Assembly (NCBI RefSeq): GCF_036971445.1
Contig: NC_091474.1
Coordinates: 18,352,001 to 18,416,000, forward strand
From: Narcine bancroftii
Lineage: Eukaryota
DNA length: 64,000 nt
Direction of reading: 5' to 3'
The translations under genes were made by a program, and so were the position numbers. The notes beneath the pieces were generated by a model. It was not told the origin of the DNA. It did no database searches and worked only from the letters and a program-made list of their open reading frames with translations. Of the stretch, positions 1 to 13,896 are shown piece by piece; positions within the stretch are counted from its first letter, which is position 1, and every line of letters starts with the position of its first letter.

Positions 1-382
1 CCTCGCCCCCAATGTGTGGGAAAGAGCTGGACGTTAAAATTTCAGGAACAGACAACCCGACCTCAGGTTGACCTCACTCTTGCCCCATTAACTTTTAAAG
101 TGCAAAGATCAGGCTTTAACACAAGGCAGGCCAGGCCCTAATTAACATTCTCAAGTCTGGATCTGATGGCATCAACAGTATTGTGACTTACTTTTAATTG
201 TACATGATGGGGAAATCTGACTTGTGGGATTTGCAGTTATTGGCTCAATGAAATGGCTGTGGATTCCCACTGTAAGTGGCTCTTTAAATGTTACATTTCT
301 ATAGGGCCAAATACCTGGACCCAGGAGATGGGATTACTCTGGCAAAGGCAGAGTGGGCTGAATGGCCTCATTCCTTTGATAT

Positions 383-1120
383 AAGTCACCAAAACCAAGG
401 AGCTTATTTTTGACTTCAGGAAGGGAAAACTAGAGGTGTATGATCCAGTAATCACTGGGGGATCAGAGTGCGCAAATAAGTTCTCGGGAGTTACTACCTT
501 GGAGGATCTTTCCTGGCCCCAACACATCAATGGCATCGTGAAGAAAGCACACCAGTACCCCTCTACTTCCTCAGGGGTTTGCGGAGGTTTGTATGACACT
601 GGCATTTTCTACAGATATTTGGTGGGAAGTGTGCTGGAATCACCAATACCCCTGAGTGTAAAGCCCTGCAAAATGTAGTTGGTACAGCCCAGGACATCAC
701 AGTGAAACCCTTCCCCACCATCAAGAACATCTCCAGGGAACGCTGCCATCAGAGAGCGGCAGTAATCATCAAGGATCCACACCACCCAGCACATGCTCTG
801 TTCCCGGTGCTACCATCAGGAAAGATGTATAGGTGCCACAAGACTCGCACCACCATGTTCAGGAACAGCTGCTCCCCCTCCACCATCAGATTTCTCAACA
901 ACAAACTCAATCAGGGACTCATTTAAGGTCTCTTACTTTTGCACTTTACTGATTTATTTTTCCTTTCTGTATTGCACATAATTTTTTTATTTGTTTGTAT
1001 GTGTACATTGTGTACAATTTTTTTTTTTGCACAACCAATGAGTGGTAATTCTGCCTTGCCCACAGGAAAAAGAATTTCAGGGTTGTAGGTTCTCTGACAG
1101 GAAATCTGAAATCCGAATCT
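383..1120 (+). mobile_element. Rex1/Babar-type LINE, decayed 3' fragment
   Basis: KTKELIFDFRK-like start; ORF 702..926 IIKDPHHPAHALFPVLPSGKMYR...FRNS matches the Rex1 ORF C-terminus; 3' UTR ends in AAATCTG-type tail. Confidence 0.8.
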
Positions 1121-1754
1121 TCTGATTGCGAATCTCCTATGATTCCAGCAGCTGACCCTCCGGCATTGCTCTACGTTTGAAAGATGAGCTTTCAAGACAA
1201 CCGGTAATGGTGCTGGAGGTGGCTCTCCCACATCTTAATGGGGACCTGGGATGTAGATTGTCTCAGCCTCCATTTTCCACTCCCTGTTGGGTGTTTGCAA
1301 TTGATTTTGACCTGGGTCGCATGTGCACAAGCTCTAAGTTCACACCTGACGCATAAAACGTTGCAACTAAATACTCTTTGTAATCCTCAAGAAGGAGGAA
1401 AAGGCATCACTTTCTTTCCTGGTTTGCAGTGGGACATAAAGTGTGGAGATCGCCAATTTCTTTACAGACACTGCCAGACTCAAACTTGGATCGCTGATGC
1501 TACAATAGCATTGCGTTAGGCGCAATGGTAACTGTGCCATGGAATTATATGAAATACCATGCCTGATTTTAAAAATGGAATTTCTAAGCCTGATAGTAAA
1601 ACCATGCAGAGCGTAAGCTTTAAATTAACATACTTATTTGGTGCATTACTGGTGTTACCAAATCCATATAACCATATATAACCATATAACCACTACAGCA
1701 CAGAACAGGCCAGTTCGGCCCTACTAGTCCATGCTGTAACAAATTCCCACCCTC

Positions 1755-2753
1755 CTAGTCCCACTGACCAGCACCCGGTCCATAGCCCTCCAGTCCTCTC
1801 CTCTCCAGGTAACTATCCAGTCTATCCTTAAATGTAACCAACGATCCCGCCTCGACCACGTCTGCCGGAAGCTCATTCCACATCCCTACCACCATTTGCG
1901 TAAAGAAATTTCCCCTCATGTTCCCCTTATAATTTTCCCCCTTCAATCTTAAACCATGCCCTCTAGTTTGAATCTCCCCCTCTCTTAATTGAAAAAGCCT
2001 ATCAACGTTTACTCTGTCTGTCCCTTTTAAAATCTTAAACACCTCTATCAAGTCCCCTCTCAATCTTCTATGCTCCAGAGAAAAAAGCCCCATTCTGCAC
2101 AACCTTTCCCTATAACTCAAACCTTGAAATCCTGCCAACATTCTCGTGAACCTTCTCTGCACTCTCTCTATTTTGTTTATATCTTTCCTATAATTTGGTG
2201 ACCAAAACTGTTCACAGTACTCCAAATTTGGCCTCACCAATGCCTTGTACAATTTTATCATAACCTCCCTACTCTTCAATTCAATACTCCGATTTATGAA
2301 GGCCAACATTCCAAATGCCTTCCTCACCACACCATCTACCTGAGTATCAGCCTTGAGGGTACTATTTACCACAACTCCTAAATCCCTTTGTTGCTCTCCA
2401 CATCTCAATAGCCTACCATTTAATGCATATGACCTATTTAGATTTGCCTTTCCAAAATGTAACACCTCACACTTATCTGTATTAAATTCCATCAGCCATT
2501 TCTCAGCCCATACCTCCAGCCTTCCTAAATCACCTTTTAATCTACGGTAATCTTCCTCACTGTCCACAATACCACCAATCTTTGTATCATCCGCAAACTT
2601 GCTTATCCAATTCTCCACCCCTACTTTCAGATCGTTAATATATATAACAAACAATAGTGGACCGAGGACCGATCCCTGAGGAACTCCACTAGTCACCGGC
2701 CTCCAATTGGACAAACAATTTTCTACCACTACTCTCTGACACCTCCCATCCAA
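1755..2753 (-). pseudogene. CR1 ORF2 reverse transcriptase, C-terminal part
   Basis: 332-aa open frame with RT motifs PQGSVLGP and FADD; a premature stop lies just upstream. Confidence 0.9.
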
Positions 2754-3559
2754 CCATTGCTGAATTCATTTCACTACCTCCTCATTTATACCTAATGCCT
2801 CCACCTTTTTTCCTAACCTCCTGTGGGGAACTTTGTCAAAAGCTTTACTAAAGTCTAAATAGACAACATCCACAGCTTTCCCTTCATCAACCTTTTTTGT
2901 AACCCCCTCGAAAATCTCAATCAGGTTTGTCAAGCATGATCTACCCCTGACAAAACCATGCTGATTACTCCCTAGCAATCCCTGTACCTCCAAATATTTG
3001 TAAATACCATCCCTCAGAACACTTTCCATCAACTTTCCCACCACAGACGTCAGACTCACGGGCCTATAATTCCCAGGTTTACATTTAGACCCTTTCTTAA
3101 ACAGCGGAACCACATGCATCACCCTCCAATCCTTTGGCACTACCCCGTGGCCAGTGACATCCTAAATATCTCTGTTAATGGCCCCACTATCTGTCCACTA
3201 GCCTCCCTGAGTGTCCTTGGGAATATTTTGTCCGGTCCCGGAGATTTATCCACCTTTATCTTTTTCAACACAGCCATCACTACCTTCTCTGGTATCCTTA
3301 TATGCTTAATTACCTCCTGACTATTTTTCTTTACCTCAATTGGTTCAATATTGTTTTCCCTAGTGAATACCGAGGCAAAGAAATCATTCAAAATTTACCC
3401 CATTTTCTCTGAGTTCTCACTCAGTCTACCCTCACTATCTACAAGGGGTCCAATCTTATCCCTCACTAATCTTTTACTTTTAATGCACTTATAGAAACCC
3501 TTTGGATTTATTTTTACTCTGTCTCCCAAAGCCTCTTCGTGCCTTATTTTGGCCTTTCT

Positions 3560-3699
3560 AATTTCTTTCTTAAGATTCCTTCTACACTCCTTGTAGTCCT
3601 CCTTCAAATTGTCAGCTCTCTGTTCTTTCCAATTTCTTTCTTAAGATTCCTTCTACACTCCTTGTAGTCCTCCTTCAAATTGTCAGCTCCCTGTTCTTT
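3560..3699. repeat. 71-bp-period tandem duplication inside CR1
   Basis: AATTTCTTTCTTAAGATTCC...GTCAGCTC(T/C)CTGTTCTTT starts at both 3560 and 3631. Confidence 0.9.
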
Positions 3700-5189
3700 A
3701 TACCTCTTGTACACCTCCCTTTTTCTCCTATCCAAATTTCCAATATTCCTCGAAAACCAAGCCTCCCTATGACTTCCAGCCTTTCCTTTGATCCTCACTG
3801 GGACATAACTACTCTGTACCCTCAAAATTTATTTTTTGAATATCCTCCATTTCTCATTTACACCCTCACCTGAAAATATCCTGTCCCGCTCAATACTCCC
3901 CAAATCCCTTCTTATTCCTTTGAAATTTGCTCTTCTCCAATCCAGAACCTCAACTTTAGGCCCCTCCTTGCTCCTCCCTAAAACTACCTTAAAACTAACA
4001 GAATTATGATCACTAGACCCAATTGGATCTCCAACATTAATGTCTGATACCTGACCTAGCTCGTTCCCTAACAGGAGATCCAGTATTACACTGTCACTCT
4101 GAGATTTTTTTATTTAACTATCCTGGTGTGCTGAACAGGAAGAATGGTAGAAGACAAACAATAAAAAATGCCCACAAGTAATTGTGATGAAGATTTAGCA
4201 AGAAAACTGATTCTGCAGCATCCCTCTTCATTTACTCTTGTTGGTTAATGTATATTATGAATGAAATAGTAACAAGAGAATAAAAATATATAATCCTGAA
4301 ATAATATACATGCCACATGATAGGGATAACATGTATTTGCCAGACAAATAATTTTGAGACAAGATTGACCAATGATATTAAATACTAGTTTCAGTGTAAT
4401 TAGGATATCCTCAATGCTTCTTGGCAGAATGTAAAAAATCTGACCCTGCCGAGAAAAAGCAGCTTAAGTAGATTAACCCACAAAAGGCAACGTCCTTCTC
4501 ACTGCGTTTCTGTGCCTCTTGGATGATTATTCACAAGTCCTTGCAGTCTTTGCCAGCACTCAGGATTAGTTTCTGTGCTCTACAAATGGCCAAGGATCAT
4601 GCTTTTCTTCCAGTGCTCGGTCATCTGACACCCAGTTTCCGAGTATGTGGTGGGTTCCATGGCAAAAGTGATTTGCCCTGAATTGCTGATAGCTTCCCTC
4701 CATGGAAACTTGGACGATAAGTTGCAGCGAACTGCTGAGACTCTTTTATGCTCAGTTAATCAGGACAATGCAAGCCACCACATAATCCCTTGTCAGGTTC
4801 AATTAAAATTCACTGGTCCTTTTAAGCCTCTCCAAGATAAACGGACTGGGTTCTGTCATGTAGCTGGCAACTGTTGAGGTTGTTATATGTCTGCGCTTAT
4901 TACCAAATGTCAAAAATACAGTAAGTGGCTTTGTATTCATTTATTTCATTTGAGTTTCAGAAGTGTGGTTTGTCACCTCCAGCCATTGGACTTTGCGATA
5001 GGCTGTCACCAAAGCTGTCACCAAATTTTAACTCTACTTACCCAACTGAAACTGGCAACCAGGTGCTTAAAATTGCCCATAACTGATCTAGACCTATCCC
5101 ATGCCTTAGCAGGTGCTGTGTACTAAAACAGGAGAAAGAAACATGCCAAAAGACAGTAGGACACTTGAATAAATATGCAAAACATTAAA

Positions 5190-5494
5190 AGATGTAAAAT
5201 CCAGACTCCTTGGGATTTGGCTTGGTCTGGATTTTCAGATTTTCCAGATTCTTGGGCAGTACTTTTAAAAATCATATTTAAGAAGAATAAACAGGTAAAT
5301 TTTGATAGCTTATTAAAAAATATTTTTTCATATAAAATGTAATGTACAAAAAAACAAATATTTTTTCTTACATTTCCACTGGGTCGCTTGTTACCACTGT
5401 ACATCTGTGGCATTTACACATGCACACACGCAAAAGCCGAGAGTTTTTAAGGAGTCCAGATTGTCGGGTGATCTGGATTTCTAGACTTTTATTG
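5190..5494. mobile_element. Probable degenerate MITE
   Basis: Imperfect inverted ends (TGTAAAATCCAGA... / ...TCTGGATTTCTAGACTTTTATTG) around an AT-rich core. Confidence 0.35.
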
Positions 5495-5849
5495 TAATAT
5501 CAACAGGGCCTGATTACAAATACACCAGTGGTCTGCTTGGGGGAAAACATCGCAATCTCCAGCCAACTCAGCATCAAGAGGATACATATACGTGAATTTT
5601 ATTGCATCTTGAGAAGCCAGATTACAGGAAAGTTTGGGCTTCTGCACTTCTCCCTCGACTCTGACACACCATACTTCCTTCCCAATCACTTATTCACATC
5701 TGCAGAGAGAACTTGATATGTGGGGCATGTCCTTCATTAAAATATTGGCTTACAACCAGGGTTGCGAAGGGGAGGGAGAGACTCTTCACAGGAATGTTAT
5801 AAAACCATTTTAACTTGCAGGTGATTCATTCCTTCTACTAGTTCATGGA

Positions 5850-7090
5850 GTGCATTGATTGCTCACTTTTCAAAGGTGGTGGTGAACTGCCCTTTGGAAT
5901 CATAGCAGCATATCCCAATGTGTTGTTTAGTTGGGAGTTCCAGGATTTGGACCCATGATGGAATAACATAACATAACAATTACAGCACGGAAACAGGCCA
6001 TTAGGCCCTTCTAGTCCGCACCGAACCAAACACCCCTTTCTAATCCCACCTCCCTGCACAATGCCCATAACCCTCCATCTTCTTCTCATCCATATACCTG
6101 TCCAACCTTTTCTTAAATAATACAATTGACTCCGCCGCCACTATTTCTCCCGGAAGATCATTCCACACAGCTACCACTCTCTGAGTAAAGAAGTTCCCCC
6201 TCATGTTACCTCTAAACCTCTGCCCCTTAATTCTTAACTCATGTCCTCTTGTTTTAAACTTTCCTCCTCTTAACGGAAATAGTCTATCCACATCCATTCT
6301 GTCTATCCCTTTCATAATCTTAAATACTTCTATCAAATCCCCTCTCAACCTTCTACGCTCCAAAGAATAAAGACCCAATCTGTCCAATCTCTCCCCATAC
6401 TCCAGATGCTTAAACCCAGGCAACATTCTGGTAAACCTTCTCTGCACTCTCTCCACTCTGTTTATATCCTTCCTATAATTAGGCGACCAGAACTGCACAC
6501 AGAACTCCAAATTAGGCCGCACCAACGTCTTATACAATCTCAACATCACCTCCCAACTCCTATATTCCATGCAATGATTGATAAAGGCCAGCATACTAAA
6601 AGCCTTCTTCACCACCCTATTCACGTGAGTTTCTACCTTCAGGGAACGATGTACCGTCACTCCTAAATCTTTCTGCTCTTCTGTATTCCTCAATGCTCTC
6701 CCATTTACCACATATGTCCTATTCTGATTCTTCTTACCAAAATGAAGCACCTCACACTTATCAGCATTAAATTCCATCTGCCATTTTTTTTTTTCAGCCC
6801 ACTTTTCTAAGCAATGGCAAGACTGTTGCAAATCAGGATTGTGTGAAACTCAGAGGGGACCTGCAAATAGTGGATTTCTCATGCATCTGATGGCACTGTT
6901 CTTCCCATTTCAGATGTCACTGGAGGGAATAGACTTGGCAAATTGTGGCGGTGTATTTTGCTGATGGTACACTCTACAGGTTGAGTAGGCTGAAGGCCAA
7001 GGGAGGAAGTAGGGTAGTGAGTCATCCAGTTGGCTGCTTCATCCTCTGTGGTGTTGTTGGAGATGCATACAAAGAAGTGAAGCATGTTCT
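5850..7090 (-). mobile_element. Old LINE remnant split by a younger CR1 insertion
   Basis: GGGAGTTCCAGGATTTGGACCC... resumes after 6812 as ...CAAATCAGGATTGTGTG; related fragments at about 12800-12880, 21320-21620 and 27445-27610. Confidence 0.5.
5961..6813 (-). mobile_element. CR1 LINE 3' fragment, young
   Basis: ORF 6040..6831 WQMEFNADKCEVLHFG...ERRRLRGDLIEVFK...WNDLP; (ATGTT)n tail at 5961-5978. Confidence 0.95.
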
Positions 7091-7149
7091 ATCACTTATC
7101 TGAGTAAAATTAAATTTAAACATGCATCATGATGTGGTACATTTTGAAG

Positions 7150-7291
7150 GGAGGGAGGAATCCGGAACACCCGGAGGAAACTCTGGTTAGACACCGGGAG
7201 AACATTCAAACTCCTTATAGACAGCACCAGATTCAAACCCGGGTCGCTGGAGCTGTAACAGCATTGCATTAACTGCTACACTAACCGTGCC
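7150..7291 (-). mobile_element. tRNA-derived V-SINE-type SINE
   Basis: Reverse strand reads GGCACGGTTAGTGTAGCAG (A box), GGTTTGAATC (B box) and the core GAGTTTG..TGTTCTCCC...TTCCTCCGGGTG. Confidence 0.75.
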
Positions 7292-7349
7292 ATTGTGAAG
7301 GAAATTCGGGTTATCATGCAAATTGACCTTCCCCTCGCTCCCTTTAACT

Positions 7350-7510
7350 TCCCCTATACCTCTCGCTGCCTCAGGAAAGCTGCCAATATATTAAAGGACC
7401 CATCCCACTCTGGTTACCATTTCCAACCCACTTCCATTGGGAAGATATATGAGCTTGAAAACGTGTACCTTCAGGTTCAAGGACAATTCCATTTCTGCTG
7501 TTACGCAACT
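7350..7510 (+). mobile_element. Rex1 fragment
   Basis: RCLRKAANILKDPSHSG motif. Confidence 0.6.
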
Positions 7511-7653
7511 CTCATTGGGAAAAGGTCATATGTCTGCCCTGTATAAAGGTACATTTTTCTATATCTTGCACTTCAAGTAACATGATACCCTGCACTTTTT
7601 GTTACAGTCTATTGAACTAGAGTATGGTTGACTTGGCTGGATAGCATGCAAAA

Positions 7654-8160
7654 GTCAAGTTTATTGTAATTTGATTGTACAAGTACAACCCAGTGAAACA
7701 GTGTTCTACGGTCCTCAATGCAAAAACATGAAGACATACAACCAGACATAAAACACATATACGGAACCAGTATTATATCCATAAAAATAAATCTAGTTAG
7801 TGGGAGCAGTTCCTTTAGTCGTTCAGCATTTTCAGCCCATGGGAAGAAGTTGTTCCTCAGCCTGGTGGTGCTGGGTCTGATACTCCTGTATCTCTTCCCT
7901 GATGGGATCAGTGAAAGATGCTGTGCAGGGTGGAAGGGGTCCTCAATGAATTTGCACGGTCTCTTCAGACAACGATCCTGATAGATCATGTCCTTGGGGG
8001 GGAGGGAGACTTCAGTGATCCTCTCCACCACACTTATGGTCCTGTGGATTGATCGCCGATCCATTTCTCTGCAGCAACTGTACCACATTGTCATGCAGCC
8101 GGCTGGGACGCTCTTCCTATAGAAAGATGACATCATTGTGGCCTGTAGCATTGCCCGCTC
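7654..8160 (-). mobile_element. Rex1 3' fragment
   Basis: ORF 7609..8199 DRCLKR..IEDPFHP..LIPSGKRYRSI..TTRLRNNFFP; AATAAACTTGACT tail. Confidence 0.8.
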
Positions 8161-8166
8161 ATGGTA

Positions 8167-8846
8167 CATAAAAATCTCTGTTATCCAGAATTTAAGCAAC
8201 TGGCAAAGAAAAGTGCAGAAAATAAACTGGTAAAAAATATGGAAGTTTAAAATCGGTGTGCCTCACTGGTAGTTCTCCATTCACATAGCAAGCAGTCTAA
8301 GGCAACCAGGAAATTCATTTATCCAGAATCTACTAATCCCCATAGGTGTCAGATAACCTCCCCCCCACCCCCACCCAAGCGTAAAGCCCTGGAAAAGGTA
8401 AGACACAGCCCAGGACATCATGCATAAAACCATCCTCACCATTAAGAACATCTAAGGGAATGCTGGCATTGGAGAGCAGCAGCAATCATCAAGGATTCGT
8501 ATGCACATGCTCTGTTCTCACTGCTACCATTTGGAAAGAGGTCTGGGTGCCACAAAACTCATAGCACCAGGTTCAGGAACAGCTGCTCCCCCTCTTCCAC
8601 CAGACTCCTCAAGAACAAACTCAACCACTTTCTTGGTTTTTTTTCCCCTCTCTATTGCACAGTCAGTTGTTTCCATTTCTTTATTTGTTGACATGTATAC
8701 ATTGTGTACAGTTTTTTTTGCACCACTAATAAGTAGTAATTCTGTCTGGTCCGCAGGAAAAAGAGGTTGTATGTGATGTCATGTATGTAGTCTGACAATA
8801 AATCTGAAATCTGAAATCTGAATCTGATTACCAGGGGTTTTTACTG
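8167..8846. mobile_element. Tigger/pogo-like MITE interrupted by a Rex1 fragment
   Basis: 8167-8358 aligns to the MITE at 21014-21218; its right TIR CCAGGGGTTTTTACTG resumes at 8831-8846. Confidence 0.7.
8380..8825 (+). mobile_element. Rex1 3' fragment nested in the MITE
   Basis: Same family as 383-1120; (AAATCTG)n tail; flanked by GATAACC (8352) and GATTACC (8826). Confidence 0.8.
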
Positions 8847-9804
8847 TCTCTTGCTACACATGAAAATAAATAATTCAATTGATTTCTTGAATTGTTGGGG
8901 GTCACTTGTCACATACCACACAGTCTCTAATTTCATCTTTTATCCACAATGTTTATATCAGGGAAGAGTCTGGTCATCGGTGACCCCTGAAATTTTAATT
9001 GGGGAGCAGTGACTATCACCTGGGCCCTCGGCTGAGCTTTAGTAAGCCCCCGCCCCCTGAAAGATTCCCCTCTACCCCTTCTCTCCTGTAAGCCAACCCG
9101 ATGCGACATCAGACACACAGTCCTGACACTGGTCGGCTTCCTCCAACCGCTCCCAGCTTGAACCCTCTATGCCCAGATCCTTTCTTCACCCTCCCCCCAC
9201 CCCCCACCCCCACTTTCTCCTGAAGTGTTGATAATGCTGAGAAGATGAACTGGTAGAGACAAAGACAAAAATGGAAAACATGGCACTTGCTTTTATCTTT
9301 ATGATGCTTTCCCTTTAGTTAATGAGAATCTTTCAATCTAACCTTTGATCTACCATCAATGAACATTTATGGAAGAGAGCTCCAAACCCCCACCGAGTAT
9401 AGTTTTCTAAATTTTACTCAAATATTTAAATTTGAACAATATCTCCTGGCGATGGACCCACCAACCAATTGAAGTAATTACTTTCCATTCAACGGATCAA
9501 TTCCCTTGAGCATGGCAACATAACCGCTGACCACTGGAATTCTAATTTATTGCCTAGGTACAAAATTAATATTCTACTGACTTTTTGTTTGCTTTCAGTA
9601 TCCTTTTCATGACATGTAAATGTTATATGTCACAGACATATAGGTTCCTAACTAAGTCTGCCTTTGCTGTATTGAAAGAAATATTCTGACCATCATTTAT
9701 GGGTCAAAAGGTGATGACCTCATCTTTACCTTCATTGAAATTCACTTGCCACAGTTTTACCCATTTGTTATTAATATCTCTTTGTAATTTAATGCTTTTC
9801 TGAC

Positions 9805-10044
9805 TGTAGAGCTCGTCGAAAGAACCAAAGACTTGTTGATCCAAACCAAGGCTTTTATTAGCAAAAGACCGGAGCTCTTCACAGGTGGCCGACCAGTCCG
9901 GAATGATCCGACCTGGCTAGGGACACAACCCTTTAAGGCCCAAACAATAGGTGTGGCTTAGCTCTCAGCCAATCGCTGTAAGCACAGTCTAGATACAGTA
10001 ACTATATACACTATGTACATTGGTGATAGATCTGTACTATCACA
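9805..10044 (-). mobile_element. Solo LTR related to the Gypsy at 59270-62571
   Basis: TG...CA termini; perfect 5-bp TSD CTGAC (9800-9804 / 10045-10049); shares AAACCAAGGCTTTTATTA, GCTCTCAGCCAATC and TACTATCACA with the Gypsy LTRs. Confidence 0.92.
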
Positions 10045-10309
10045 CTGACACCTCACACAAAGCAAGTTATACTTCTGTTATCGGCATATTTGTATAGATG
10101 ACTTACTATTCCTTCATCTAAGTCCTATGTAAATGCAGTGAAATGTTGCAGTCACAACATTTTATCCTTATGGGACATTGTTGATCTCCTGCTTTTAATT
10201 GAGTACACAAATTATTCTCACTTCATTTCTGCCTATTTCTTATTCATTTATAATTTGCACTTAATTCCCTTACCTACAAAAGTCTTATAGGAAACTTTAT
10301 CGAGTGTCA

Positions 10310-10840
10310 TAATTTTGTACACCTCTATCAAATCTCCCCTCATTCTCCAATGCTCCAGCAAATAAAGTCCTAACCTATTCAACCTTTCCCGCTAACTTAG
10401 CTCCTCTAGTCCTGGCAACATCCTTGTAAAAATTTTATATGCATTCTTTCTATCATATTGATACCTTCCTTGTCTGTAGGTAGGTGACCAAAACGTCACA
10501 CAATACTCCAGATTTGGCCTCACCAATGTCTTAAACAACTTCAACATAACATCCTAACTCCTGTATTCAATACTTTGAATTATGAAGCCCAATGATCAAA
10601 AAATCTCTCTTTATGATACTATCTACCCACTTCCAAAGAATTATGTGTATTTAATTAATGTTATTTCTTGATACCTGTTGTCCTCAAAATTAAAATATTC
10701 AAAAAAATATAATTATGCATCTGTATTCTCAGATCCCTCAGTTCTACTGCACGTTGCAATTTCTTAACTTATTTCCATGCAAGTCCTACCTTGGTTTAAG
10801 CAACTTATTTGCATAAAACTCCATCTGCCATTTTGCAGCT
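10310..10840 (-). mobile_element. Decayed CR1 fragment
   Basis: ACCTCTATCAAATCTCCCCTC and CCTGGCAACATCCTTG, homologous to the intact CR1 copies in the window. Confidence 0.75.
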
Positions 10841-13660
10841 CCTAAGTTCTACATTGTTTCTTACTCATTAGTTGTCCATGGCTATTTATGTTTTGGCAAG
10901 TAGAACTGTTCCTTTGGGATATAAACTGCTCATCTAATCTTTTTGCAGAAATTATTTTTTGCCAAAAAATTTTGACTGGAGTTTAAACAAATTTCAAATT
11001 GAAACAAACAGGGAAGAACATGAAATGAGCTATTTCTGCATTTGTATGTGGGAAAGAAAAGCTGGATATTTATCATACTTTCAATTTAGAGGTAAGATGG
11101 AATATTGAACTGAATGTAATAATCTTACATGTTTGGGAAAGTTAATGTATGATGGTATATTCTTATTCACATCTTTGCAGAAAAAAAACTTAAGCCACAT
11201 GTCATTATGCAACAGAATTAAGGTTCGTCTGGATTTTAAATGTTGGCAGTAATTCAGTAGGAAATTGATAGAAAAACTGTTCAATCTGGATATATTTAAT
11301 GGGTCATACAGCATTTGTGAGCTGAGAGAGTTAACTTTTAAGGTTTTTGACCTTTAATTAGAATTAGAAAAAAAGATAGAAATTAAATATCTTAAAACAT
11401 CTTTGTTGTTTTCCAATTCTGAAGACAGGACATCGACTTTAAACATTTCTTTGCACTTCCTGTCTTATTGAATATTTGTTTTCCTGCTTCTAAGTCAGAT
11501 TTGAAGCATTGGCCATTTTTACTTCTGGTTTTCTGCTGAGATAATAGGGCCACTTGTGGCAGAATGAGATCAAACCATCTTTAATGACCAAATTTTGTTT
11601 AAATTCTACCGGCAAAGTAGGAAGTTAAAGAATGTCACAACTGCTTGGTTGGATGATGGAGCTCATTTCTCGGGAACATCCCGGGATCTGCTGGATGGGA
11701 TGGGGGCTGGAAGGAGACGTGGGAGGAAATGGATTTGCAACCCTAGCGCAAGATTTTCTCATGCAGCTTTCTAGTCTCCTATGTAAAGTTTACAAAATAC
11801 TTAAATCTTCTTGGATCTTTTCGAGTCCACAATCCTCCTTGCTGTAAGAAAAGTCATTGTTGCTTTCTATTTGATAACAACTGGAAAATGATAGTGGATT
11901 AGGAAAGGACCCCACTAGTGTTAGTTTGATGTCTTTGCCATTTGCCTATAACAGCAAACTAATATAGGAAATTCTTGGCAAGTCCAGGGATTTTCACCTG
12001 TCTGGTTTCCTCTGGGTAAATTGTGGTCAAAATCCCTCCGGGGTTGCTAATTGACATGTAAATTAGGTAAAGTTGTAGGATCATTAATATGAAAAGGAAA
12101 TAATTTGCAGCACACTACGCTGGAAGTAAGATTTGGCATTAATCATAAACGTCGTGTAGCCAGAAGCATAAAAATATAAATGACTGTTCAGTTAAAAAAA
12201 AAGCTGTACTGACAAGGCTTGAGAAAGATATGAGGAACTAATTGAAAGCATGCAAAATGATCTAATAAAGTAGAAGGACAGAATGCATGAGAGATCTTCA
12301 TTTCTAACATGAGAAAGAATAAAGTAAACTTTTAAAACTCATGATATTGGTGGAATTGTGTTGGTATGGTTTCAGGACTGATTAGACACTGGACGACAGA
12401 GTACGTCTTCTGTTGAAGGAAAAAGATGCTGTGTACCTGTGTTTTGATTGAAAACTGATAAAAGCAAACCTATGCACAACAATGATTTCATCTCCATGTG
12501 CCTTTTCTAACACTTCACTTGTTATTATCTCTATGGTAACGATCCGGAATTGCAACTGAATTTTTGCAACAATATATGAAACACACCCCACAGTCTGCTC
12601 TATTGGCTCATTGGAACAACAATAGAATGATCTGACATCAAGGACCCACAATCCCTTCAATTTTCTCTTGAACGCCGTGTACAAGTTATATATTTTTTAT
12701 GTTTCACTTTTCCACATGATTAGATCCACAGAGCCCAATCTTGCATCTCTTCAAGGGAAATTCATGGAAAGTTTGGTATTCACAGGCCTCTTTGTTTGCT
12801 TTAGTCATTCCTGGGATATAGATGTGGCTGACAAGGCCAGCGTTTATTGCTCCTTTCTAATTGTCCCTGAGAAGGTATCACTTAATCTTCTTGCTTTCTT
12901 TCATTCACAGTTTGCCATGTATGAATTGCTGGGATTAGGGATAGGATAAAAGAAATGTGATTTTCAGATGGATATAATAGACTTAAGAGAGGGCCCATTC
13001 ATTAGCTGCACAACCAATGTGATAGCTGAAGTGGAATTGGTGGTTTTCGTTATTTAAATGAAAGCAGCTGAAGCAAAAACAAATCCCATTAAACGTGTAC
13101 ATGTCTACCTTAGACTAATGACAAAGGAGGTAATTTTGTGAGTGACCGTGTGAAATGGGCAATAGCACAAACACAGTGTTGGCTTTGTGAGTATCTTTCT
13201 GCTGGTACACATTTGGGGTTCCTGTATTTTACATCACGCTCCCTATTTTTATATTCTGGGATTGCAGTGAAAATGGACATCAAGAGAGGTATGAATTTTG
13301 TTGGTGAACAGAAACATACCAGTTTAGCTCTAGCCACTAGGAAACTATTGTAGTAGGGCATGTCTGTGATAAATGTACACTCAGGGACTGGTCAATATTT
13401 GAATGAATTGGATTTGATGAGTGGATGTACAACATGTTTGAAAATTGATTTTCTTGTTTCTGGGTTTTTTGATTTGTTCAGAAGGTGAGAGTGAGATGTG
13501 TATTAGCAAATTAATGGGCACTCTGTTACTGAAGATATTCAAAATTCCCTTTATTCTCCATGAGTCACGAGGTAGTCGGCACCTGTTGCCATCCTCACCT
13601 GCTGTGCCACATATCATGAGGGCATTCCAGCACAGCTGTGACAGCACAATTCTCAGGTGC

Positions 13661-13896
13661 CCGTCTCTAGGCACAGAGGGGCAAGTCCGAGGGAGAGTCC
13701 GTCAAACAGCAGAGGGGGTAAAAGCAACAAGGTGCCACAGTAGTGGTAATGGTGTAAATGGAATCAAATATAACAAGGCACAGTGACGGGAATGCATGGA
13801 TATGAAACGAAGGGTGGGAACAGACTCTGTGCAATTTTCCTTTTGTAAATAATTTATCGTGAATAAAGTCTATTTTTGGTTAATTAAAATAAAAGC
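13661..13896 (+). mobile_element. Short 5'-truncated non-LTR insertion (L1/Tx1-like 3' UTR)
   Basis: 10-bp TSD TCTCAGGTGC at 13651-13660 and 13897-13906; AATAAA followed by an A-rich tail. Confidence 0.7.

Larger units (their letters stand above)
1664..4095 (-). mobile_element. CR1 LINE, 5'-truncated, ORF2 disrupted
   Basis: ORFs 1755..2753, 2766..3140 and 3140..3391 carry GVPQGSVLGPLLF, FADDTK, YLDFSKAFDKVPH, NYRPVSLTS and KSPGPD; (ATATGGTT)n-like tail at about 1664-1690; stops and frameshifts present. Confidence 0.95.

Noticed and set aside
4613-4647. Possible small exon (TTCCAG...GTATGT); a similar one at about 12377-12406
   Set aside because: Lengths are not frame-preserving, signals are weak, and such matches are expected by chance in 64 kb.
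7150-7291. tRNA gene
   Set aside because: The A/B boxes belong to a SINE head followed by a V-SINE core; no cloverleaf.
8907-9128. Possible solo LTR (TGTCA...TGACA)
   Set aside because: No matching TSD and no clear TATA/poly(A) order.
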